Positions 54,451 to 64,000 of a stretch of 64,000 nucleotides of DNA are shown here, in pieces. The stretch is taken from positions 7,487,880-7,551,879 of the forward strand of contig NW_002060947.1 in the NCBI RefSeq assembly GCF_000150275.1, in the 5' to 3' direction. The translations under genes were made by a program, and so were the position numbers. The stretch's first letter is position 1, and the number at the start of each line of letters is the position of its first letter. The stretch comes from Trichoplax adhaerens. Its lineage: Eukaryota; Animalia; Placozoa. Below the pieces are notes generated by a model, which searched no databases, was not told where the DNA came from, and saw only the letters and a program-made list of their open reading frames with translations.

Positions 54451-54653
54451 TTAAACGAGTTGAATCAGATAGGATCTCCGACCCAGAAATTGGAATAGCA
54501 AGGATCGAAATAGATGAGGTCCAAAAAAACAACAAACCTCGATATGGTATGGTACAGTTTTAAACGAGTTGAATCAGATAGATCTTCGCCAAATGATCCA
54601 GAAATCAGAGGAGGAAGGATCGAAATTGATGAGGTCCAAAAAAACAACAAACC
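54451..54653. repeat. Direct repeat of about 90-100 bp, 2 copies
   Basis: TTAAACGAGTTGAATCAGATAG...AAGGATCGAAAT.GATGAGGTCCAAAAAAACAACAAACC at 54451 and 54560. Confidence 0.9.
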
Positions 54654-54937
54654 ATCATTTGTGGTGTAGTATTGTACATACTGGACAGTACAGTACAGTA
54701 CGTAAGCTCTTTTCTCTTCTACTGTGCTGTAGTATCAGATAGTGCGTCAACAGCAATAAACAAAACCATCAGTATGAACTGCAATAGGCTTGGAGAGAGA
54801 TTGTCAGATCGATCAAGCAGAGAAATACGAAAAGTTAGAATTGCAAGCATTCACAATCGATCAATGCAGAGAAGAACAAGAGTACTATCAATCAGACCAT
54901 GAGCAATACTGTAGGCTAAACAACCAGAAGTACGAAA

Positions 54938-55195
54938 GAAAAAGAGAGTCGACTGCACTGCGTTAGCTCAGCGTATCCGTGCGCTGCCCCTCTCACTATA
55001 TCTGCGCTGAATGACCCAAGTTTGAAATCACCAGCAAAAATAATGCCTACCCACCAGTGCCAGCCAGTAGCTACATGATTCATTCAGTAGTTCTTTCTAG
55101 CATTTTGGTCATCACTCGTATATAAGAGTGCCCACAGGCAATCATACACGAGTGGCCTTAGCGAAAGAAAATATTGTAGGAGTATATATATACAT
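54938..55195. ncRNA. Candidate structured non-coding RNA or structured UTR exon, family unidentified
   Basis: Locally GC-rich island with three helical elements visible by eye. On the minus strand there is a TATA tract upstream (about 55184-55193) and a T6 run downstream (about 54939-54944). Confidence 0.3.
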
Positions 55196-56102
55196 ATCCA
55201 CGCATCAACAATGCTGTGCGAATTGCCGTACGGTATATAGTCACGCATATATACAGTACAGCACTGAAATGCGATCAGCTTCACAGTAGAGGTCGAGAAC
55301 TGGGCATCTTTTAAAATATTACATTTATATTCATCGAGGGTAACGATATTACGAGGCTTATTGTCATTTTGATCTAACGATGGTGCAAATTCGGTGGGAC
55401 GATTGATTCGCTTTTTCAGTTTTCTATACTACTATGATGGATATTCGCATACTGTACTGGGCCAATTGAGGCTAATGATGGCCGGCTCAAAAGCGGCATA
55501 GGTAGAAATGACAACAATGTTGCCTATAACAAGACTGAGTCTGACAGGTCTATCAAATGGTAATACTATCTGTTAAATGAGCACATTATCGTAAACCGTC
55601 AGCAAAGCGACGGGAGTTTGCACTAGTAATTATAATAGAATCGGAAATAATTCGAAAGTCTTACGCTCACGTCATCAGCAATTGAAATACAAATACAGCA
55701 ATGGGTTTAAGAGTCCATTAGCTTTAATAATGACGTCGTTAGAATACATGTGCGTACAGTAGACCACCATATTTCACATTAGGTATACAAGAATGGCGTT
55801 ATAGACTCTCGAATATGGTATTTAGATGCGGTCGATTTTATATTTCGCACTAATATAGAACAGAAAGCGGCTAAAGCCTATACATACAGGCTACACAATA
55901 CCAGGAGATATTGTAAACACCTATTACAAATCATTGAGACGATTCCTGATAAACTAACTTATTATTACAGGCAGCGGTGTGCTTCCATGAATATGTGCAG
56001 ACATAACATTGGTTATCATAGACGACTTGCTAAGTTAACCAATTATAACTTTGGTGGATAAATTATCACCGGATCGCAGTTTTATTGAATACAGCAATAA
56101 TT

Positions 56103-58541
56103 TTAATCTTGTTTTGGAGTTTCAAGCATACTTCGCAAATAATTTTCTTGCCTTTCATATCGTGTACGAACCTTATACATTACGAAATAATAAAAATGAC
56201 TACAAATTGTACTGATAGATTTTAGAAGAATTGATATTGCTATGAAAAGTAATCATAAAATAAGAGAAATAACATTAAATAGGATGTATTATATGGAAAG
56301 TAGCGTTTACATCCGGTGTATATTAAAGTAGTTGTTTAATATAAAATATATAAGCTATATTCATAACCACTACTAACCTGATTAATATGCTCTTTCTCTT
56401 CTAAATTTAAGATAGTCAAAAAATTTTCCAGCTCCGCTACTGAAAATGCATCCCACTATAACATAAATATATGATTAACTACGTCAAAATTGAATCTATA
56501 AGCGCGCTTATTAAACATGAATTCGATATCTTAAATGTAGACAATAATTAAATCCTGGTCTCCCATATCTTAGGGCAATTAGCTACGATACTAACACAAA
56601 TATCTCCAGTTTTATTTTCACCGATAACAAACGATTTCTCTTCGTCGTTCTGTTTATTCCACATTAATTTAAGGCATAAAGGTCTTTCGTAGTCATTCAG
56701 CTTTCTATCTGTAAGATATAGTAGTAATACTTTTAAAGACTTTTTAGTTTACATAGTAATATCTACTACATGCATAGATCTTTATACTGTACCAAAGTAC
56801 TTGGTAAGCTTGTGCACCCTTTCATAGATTGCAAACTTTTGTGGATTATCAGCAATTTTATACTTTTCTAAAAAGGTAACGATAATTTCCGTTGCGGTTG
56901 TATCACTCGTAACATGAATAGCCTGTAAACTACCACTCGGCATAAAGAAAGATGTACTCTACAATGTATTGACAAAGTTTCAATAAAACATTAATCTAAT
57001 AGAAACTATTAATTGAGAATAAATAAACATTCAATATTCATATAGCTATACATAGATGATTATTCGCATGATATAAATAATTTGGATATCGTATAGTATG
57101 ATTATTAGTTATTAGCCAATAAACGCGAGACTGGCTTCAATCGTTATTCATTTATACTAACTCGTTTCCTATTAACGTTACTAGAACCAAGCTTAGGCGA
57201 ATCTTTCAGCTGTTCTTTTATTTTACCATTGAAAGGATGAACATTTACTGGTCGAAGAATATCGACGCCAATATGAATAAACCCAGCGAACTTGCAGCTC
57301 TTTGGTTGCTTGAGTTTGAGATATTCATATATACGTAGATTAATGAGATAAATTTATGATATCATTTTCATAATACAATTTCTTCCTCTATGTGTATATA
57401 CACAATCTGGAAACACTGATTGATTATAATATTTGGCAAATCGATAATACTGCCTTCTGAACTAACCATGGTAATGATTAAACCAGAAGATTTCTGATTG
57501 TATCTTTGTATAACTTCTTTCAGTTCTTGTGTAGATTTTAACCCCAATACTTCTAAAGTATTCTAAGAAATGATTGCCAAATTTAAGGCCATGTAAATTA
57601 AAAAAAATTTTCTAAGCTTTATACATCCTAATATCGCAGCCTAAAGCTGTAGCTTTAATGGTTTAAAAGGTTTTTCAAGATTCATTTTATTTACGATTAG
57701 AAGTTTATTTCAGACCCGTGCGTATCCTGGCTTTTCGTTGGCCTTTCCGCTAATTAGTTGTAGGGATTGTTCCTGTTGTACTATATGCTGGTGATTTTCT
57801 GATATCTGTTTAGCCAACGATCGAGGACATTTCAAATCAATCCTAAATTGGCATTTTTTATGGCAGGTATACCTACATGCTAGATATAAAGACCTTTTAG
57901 TTAGTACTAACTGACAAAGGTAATGTAGGTATTTACAATACTCTAACTTTGTTATAGCATTTTGAAAAGGAATCGGAGTAGTTGAAACCCCATCAAATAA
58001 TCTATTAGGTAAAAGTTGGCTCGAGTTGCCATTATTTAACTTATATCATTCTCTTATGGAGAGGAAGGATTCATAAGATTGTTTATTTTTTATTGTCATT
58101 AAACTATCGGTTGCATTATCCCTTAATAGAATAGAAATGTCAATATCGTAATGCCCATACTAATTTATAGATTTCTAACATTGTATATTATAAATCAAAA
58201 ATAGTGGGAAAGTCAAATCAAATCCCTTTTTCACTAAAATAATCACCTTTACACCTGATTGCTTGCTTGAATAAGCCCCAAATAAAATCAGTGCAATAAT
58301 CACACCAAGTTGGATTGGTTAGTTGTACAATCCGGAAATCGTGATAGCTTTCAATGGTATCTTCGTCCTGATCAATAACGAAGCTAGGGCCAGGGATCGA
58401 TTTGGAACGATCTAATAGTGGAGGATATTTTTTGTCTTTCTTAGATTTACTACTTTTACGTAATTTCTGACGATGAAAGATTGTTTCAAAGACAGATAAT
58501 TGGTTTTCATGTTGTTTCTGCTGCTTACGTCGATCAAGCAT
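56103..58541 (-). CDS. Ras-association domain family protein, RASSF1/5-like (C1 + RA + SARAH), 8 exons; a possible extra 5' exon starts at ATG 58901
   Basis: C1 domain HDFRIVQLTNPTWCDYCTDFIWGLFKQAIRCKACRYTCHKKC. RA domain TSFFMP...IHVTSDTTATEII..FLEKYKIADNPQKFAIYE...RKLNDYERPL. SARAH domain WDAFSVAELENFLTILNLEEKEHINQVRTRY. Stop at 56105-56103. Confidence 0.93.
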
Positions 58542-59906
58542 TGTTACTTTCCTGTAGAAAGTAGTTCAACGTTGTAACGTTTAATACTAAATTTACTAGA
58601 TGGTTTAATCTTTTATAATTACTTGATATTCCGTAGCGAAGCACAATGAAGCATTATAGACTATTAGGTATACGACAACGTAAATAAATTAAAATTTGTG
58701 CATACTCTCACGTCTGCGCAACTATTAGTAAAATAAACAAATGATTGATGTTTTCATTTCAAATATACGTAATCGTTATCACGGTAAATTCGGGCATACT
58801 ATATCAGCTCTCAGTTGCATTTATATTTTTAGATAAATTTACTACTTGTAATTCTGGAAGTGAGGAGCTTTCCATGCAGTTTCTGGATGTATAGATGTCA
58901 TTTAAAGTGCATTTTATTAGTTGTGATGGGATCATCGCGATGACGGTTCGCTAAAATTGGATCGGCAAAACTAAGGTAACATATAGTTAAAAGTTTCAAT
59001 GCCAACAACTGCGTTTCAGTAGGAGCTCAAGGCTACTTCTTTACTTTCTGCCGCTATTGTCATTATCTAAGGTATAAACAGCAAATATTTAGGCATATTA
59101 GTTTATTTACGTATATCCAATAGTGGTGTTGAAAAATGGTGATGCTATTTCCTAAAGTTAACTATAGCAATATCCATGCTTTGCCAATAGAGAAGTTTGT
59201 AATAATATTCGCAAGGTCGTTTAGAAACCACCTGCTGTAGTAAAATAGCAGCTCGTACGTTTGTGGCTTTATGCTTGTGCATAAAGCCATTCACCTCGTA
59301 CAATCTTAAAGTAACGTAAGAATAAAATAGAGTTTACCAGGAAAAAGCAAGCCAAATATTAAATATTAGCCAGTTAATCATCATTAATCAATTAATGTGT
59401 AGTCAGTAGATTATGTATTCGATTACAGTTCAAAAATTAGTACATAGTTATAAAACAGGCACAATGCTTTTAAAGATCTTTACGTACAAGGAACGAATCA
59501 TATAATTACAAGCTGGGAATTTTTAATCACCTTATATAAATACTCTGATTGCTTCATCGATGTATATGTACATGTGATAGCATATTAATAAATTCTCTGA
59601 ATTATGTACCATCATCATTGAAAATAGTGCAAATTTTTAATCTTGTAATACTTTAAATTTTTTCGATGATTGTATTCAATTGATGAGATTAATATCTCTA
59701 TGGCTATACATAACGTGCCCGTAACCATGTTCGTACGTAGGCAAAAGATGGAACATAATATGATCGAGAATTGATTTTACACTATATGTGATGCATGTAT
59801 AATAAACATTGCCTGGTGTTTCCAAATTGCTTTGGTGAAATGTTCTAAATCACAACAGTAGAGGAGGAAGAAGCAATTATTTACAAATGTATAAATATGG
59901 ATATGT

Positions 59907-60992
59907 CTACTTCGATTCGTCAAATAGCATTTGATCATAGGGTAAGTATCCGAAACATGTCTCACTCTGACACAAGCATTTAATTCCGTGACTAGTTTCT
60001 TGTTTATAATTGTCCCGATAACCACCAGCGTAATCAAATGTTAATTCTTCGTTGGGTGCAATATCTCTTTTAGCAAAAAAAGCCAAATGAGGCACATTAG
60101 TGTTGATTCGAACAGCAATTGCCAATAGATTGGGACTGCAAGAGTGATTGATAAAGCGGGCAATATTACCAAATTTAGTAGCATCAATGCAAGTGATTAA
60201 AATATGAGGATTAGAAAAATTTGTAATGTGTTCTCTTAAAACAAGGAGATAATTAGGCTTCGTGAGATCACTTTGAGAGAATCTACTTTTAGCTTCATGG
60301 ACACTAACAACCTGTCCAAGGTATTCACAGACAAATTGACCAGCTATTAATTTGTCTGTAGTTCTTACACCTAAACCTTTAGATTGGGTTTTGAAGCATT
60401 CTAATTTTGCAGAAGAACCTAGTTGCACCACTCGATTCCAGCAATATATGCTACAAAGACAGGAATCGTTGCATTCTATGACAGGATTTTGAAGTTCTGA
60501 GCAATTCTTGTCTACATGGTAGGAGTAGTCATTGAATTACATTACAAGTTTGCAATAAATAAATAAATAATCCATTACTCGGATAGTCGATTATTCCATT
60601 TGCTACATGCTGCACAGATTAATGTTGCTTTTGCTTTCTATGTTCTGTTACAACAAGCTACAACGCAGGTGATTGAATAATCTTTAAGCTACAAACTTAC
60701 TTAGAATTCTTAGCAGTCTTCTAGCGTCATCATAGACTCTCCTACTTTGGTGACACTTTGCATCGGAACAGTGCCAACATTGGCAACCGCCATAATTGTA
60801 CTGTTCGTGGTCATGGCTGAAGCTGTCATGTATGATCGATTGGCCAATCCTCTAAAATGGCAGTCAATAGCAATATCACAGGTAACCATTAAGCGAATTA
60901 AACAATAGTATTCATCATTCATCATACAATCGATTGGAAAGCATGTCGGAAATTTTGTTTTGATGGAACATTACCTGGTAATCATCCTCCAT
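59907..60992 (-). CDS. SETMAR: SETMAR-like histone-lysine N-methyltransferase (pre-SET/SET/post-SET only), exons 60992-60975, 60851-60701, 60511-59907
   Basis: Pre-SET IECNDSCLCSIYCWNRVVQLG. SET motifs KGLGVR, FVCEYLG, GNIARFINHSCSPNL and ELTFDY. Post-SET CLCQSETCFGYLP. NYLLVLREH and GYLPYD are typical of SETMAR. Confidence 0.88.
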
Positions 60993-61039
60993 GCTAACAG
61001 TCTAGACCAGCTGCCTTACTGCCAAGTTGTCCCATGTTG

Positions 61040-61620
61040 TACACTCTCCTCGTACGTGTATATTACTTTAACAGTCATCAGTACTGTTGGCTTACAACAT
61101 TAACAGTATACTCGTATACAGTCAGTTACATCAGTCATACCATGAGTAGATTGCACTATTCCTCCTTGTCTAACAGAATACCAATTTTCGATGTTGTCGA
61201 TCAATAACGAGCCATTGGAAGAATGGCTGGAAATTTTATTTATGCCGGAAATATTAGCAGCGAAGAGATTAAATGATTGATGAGCAGTTGAGCATGCGAG
61301 ATTCTAATAGGAAAAGAATGTACAGTACACTGTACTGTACAGTACTGTATGATACTGTACAGTATGTTTTATACTGACTTTAGTCCCGTACCGTCTGTAC
61401 ATACAGTACATACTGCATTATACTGTGACTGTAGCCGTCGTAGCAACGTCGTCGAGGCGTCGACTTTGTTGACTTGTTTATACTGTAGTAAAATAAAATT
61501 AAATTAAATAATTAATAATTAATTAACATTGAATTAATATTAGTCGTGCCATATGACTTACTATACAGTACCCTATATAAAATCAAGTCAAAAGTGTATG
61601 GAGAACCGTACTTACTGTAA
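61040..61620. promoter_or_regulatory. Probable bidirectional promoter between the SETMAR-like and temptin-like genes, rich in TACAGTA/TACTGTA
   Basis: The two ATGs are head-to-head about 830 bp apart. A dense TACAGTA/TACTGTA cluster lies at 61320-61430 and TATATAAA at about 61574. Confidence 0.5.
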
Positions 61621-61819
61621 AGTATATGATGAAGTGAAGATGATGAACTCTTGCTTTTGAATTATATATGTGCATATATTAGAGGGGTAAAATAGAGTTG
61701 GAATTGTGGAGGTCAAAATTGCAGTTACCTTTCGAGTTGTGACTTTTTAACCATCATTGACCAACGTGACGACCAAAATTCCTTTTCATTTAGTCAATCG
61801 TATACGACTTGATACAGAC

Positions 61820-62308
61820 ATGATGAAGATTTATCTTGTTTTATTGCTCTTCTTTTCCGTTGTCAATTGTTATCAAAGATATCAGGCACAAATTCCAAAT
61901 GGCGCTAATGTACCCGATCCGTGTAACACCGCTCAATTTTGGGGTGGTGTGGGCCATCAAAAAAGAGCTGGTGGCGGTACCCGCAATACTTTCGGTATCC
62001 TAATGGGCGAAGTTGGAGTGCAATGGGGAAGATCAGCTTGCCTAGCTGATTCGGATGGCGATGGCTTATCCAATGGGGAAGAATTAGGTGATCCTAACTG
62101 TGTCTGGTCAGTGGGCGGCAATCCACCTATTCGTACCACCAATATTACCCATCCTGGTATTTGTGAGCCAATTAATTCCAAGGCATGTTGTCAGAAGCAA
62201 ACTTGGCTTTACTGCCATGATACCGTATGCAATGGTGCTATCGGCAGTACTACCATCAGTCTTGGACTCATTTTTGCTTCCATGGTCATAGCATTAATCC
62301 AATATTAA
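61820..62308 (+). CDS. Secreted temptin-domain protein (162 aa) with a probable GPI-anchor signal
   Basis: Signal peptide MMKIYLVLLLFFSVVNC. Temptin hallmarks IPNG..VPDPC...WGGVGH...GGG.RN.FG...W...C.ADSDGDGLSNGEELGDPNCVW...HPG. Small residues (NGA) followed by a hydrophobic C-terminus with no cytoplasmic tail. Coding region has no intron. Confidence 0.88.
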   Translation: MMKIYLVLLLFFSVVNCYQRYQAQIPNGANVPDPCNTAQFWGGVGHQKRAGGGTRNTFGILMGEVGVQWGRSACLADSDGDGLSNGEELGDPNCVWSVGGNPPIRTTNITHPGICEPINSKACCQKQTWLYCHDTVCNGAIGSTTISLGLIFASMVIALIQY

Positions 62309-64000
62309 ATTACAGATATTATCGTCGTTGTATTGATAACCTAATAGCAATGGACACTGTAAATGTTCCATTTCTTATTGATCGCGCTCTTACATCAACA
62401 GCGGATACTATTTATGATTGTCTACGATTTAATCCACCAGTGGTTCTAGTGAAACTTTTTTGGGTGCACTTTTTAAATTAATCAATGTACTGCGCTAATG
62501 ATTTCTCGTTCAACCTGCCCCCTCATTAGGGGTGGATGACTCTCGTTTTCTCTAGTCACGTATATTGCAACTTTCGAAGTATTATCTAGTCTACAAGTTG
62601 TTTTACAATAGAGGAACTTTTGTTACCCTCCTAGATGAATGTTATTTGACTGACCTTTATCTATCTTTACTAATAGCTATAACCAATCATTTAAGCTAGT
62701 CCGTTTATAGAATCTTATTTTTTAATTAACATGAGCATGTTTTATAGATCATAAGATGACTAAAGTTTTCGCTCTGTAACAATAGCTTCGTTGCCACACG
62801 GGTCCATTGCTATTGACTCATATTGAACTGAAGCATTCTTGTGCTGTTTTAGCCTGCTTTGTCGATCATATTCACCGGCTGAGTAAGCGTATGTTATGAA
62901 TAGATTAGATTAAAAGCGAATAGTAAGGATATATTTAAATAAAACATGAAGAAAAATATTTCTCTTGCGTTCTGTTTGATTAAATTTGAGGGAAGAATGC
63001 ATCGATTGACTCAATTTAGCCAGCGTATCTGTCTGTAATCGCTGTCTTTTCCGAAATAAGTTGCTGCTACTTGCAAACTCCTTCAATTTTATTTGACCAC
63101 CAAATTTTAGTCTGCTAGTGATTGCCTATAATTTAGCTAATATTTCATTCGATAGATCATGACGAGTCATAACGTAAATTCTCCTACTCCACTACTGTAA
63201 AACTTTAAATTTTAAATAAAAATTACAGTACTCCACATTTGTGTCAAGACTTTTTGAATTGAACCGTCCCTTTGCTAGAGATTGAAGTGTTTGCCTAGCA
63301 AACTTTTGTTGCCGTATTGAAATTAGTGCAACTCTTTTCTAGCAACGGCAATATAACATATATAAATAAACTGGTCGCACTTCGAGTTTTTGTTCTGAAA
63401 ATATTATTGGTTCATCCTTTCGTTCCTTAAAGTGAAAAATAATATTACATTTCTATATAAGGTAAAGGATAGAGATTTGATTTTATAAACTATCGAAACC
63501 TATACTTATCTCTTTTGTTCGAAGAAGCTTATTTTACTGTACTTAATGGCTAACTTGATTTGAAAATAGTCCTATCCTACTGCATCTTCATTGAATCGAT
63601 TGTAATTAAACCACCATTAAAGAGATAACTTTGAATAGCGTGATATATCGTTTATGAATAGTTCGTATCATTAGCAAATCGTTAGCTTTCCCTTTATTTT
63701 TAATAGGTGGTTACGGTGGTTACGAAAGGCTCAAAGTTATTACAAATTCAACGCTTGCATAATAAAGCTGTAAGGATTACAGAATAAATTTAAAGTATAG
63801 TTAACAAGAATGAATGATCTAAATTTGCGCAGACTGCTGTTTCATTTCTCTCAATTAAACTATCACAAGCGATATCATCGGTTTGGTCAAGACGATAATA
63901 TATAGGTACGAGTACACTATTTTCACATGTTCGCATTTTCAACTATTTAATTGAGAGCTTGGTAATTGTAATAGGATGGACAGAGGTGTGTGAAGATAAA

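Noticed and set aside
54445-54454. TAACCCT as a telomerase RNA template
   Set aside because: Only 7 nt match, with no visible pseudoknot, CR4/5 or H/ACA elements. It is better explained as a TTAA/AGGG end.
54955-55035. tRNA-like A box (TTAGCTCAG) and weak B box (GTTTGAAATC); scattered word matches to U4atac on the minus strand
   Set aside because: No cloverleaf or acceptor stem can be formed. The U4atac U6atac-pairing 5' end and downstream Sm site are absent.
62495-62545. CCCCT-CATT-AGGGG hairpin and ATGA downstream of temptin as a SECIS element or terminator
   Set aside because: The stem is short, SECIS geometry is missing, and the CDS has no in-frame UGA.

Overview
AT-rich, intron-containing eukaryotic (animal) genomic DNA. 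Composition, compact GT-AG introns and gene content are consistent with an early-branching metazoan such as a placozoan; this is inference, not verified. I could rebuild eight conserved genes from the ORFs and splice sites: cytosolic seryl-tRNA synthetase (-), a CNBD2-like tandem cyclic-nucleotide-binding protein (+), glycerate kinase (-), a BTB-BACK-Kelch protein (-), TAF3 (-), a RASSF1/5-like C1-RA-SARAH protein (-), a SETMAR-like pre-SET/SET methyltransferase with no transposase (-), and a stand-alone temptin-domain protein with a signal peptide and a GPI-like tail (+). Intergenic and intronic space holds more than a dozen apparently unrelated local tandem arrays of about 90-430 bp units. 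One of them is an open 559-aa repeat ORF with higher-order structure. Upstream of TAF3 are a TACTG/TACAG motif cluster, a TTAA-flanked 86-bp insertion and a GC-rich structured-RNA candidate. No rRNA, tRNA, CRISPR array or intact transposase gene was found.
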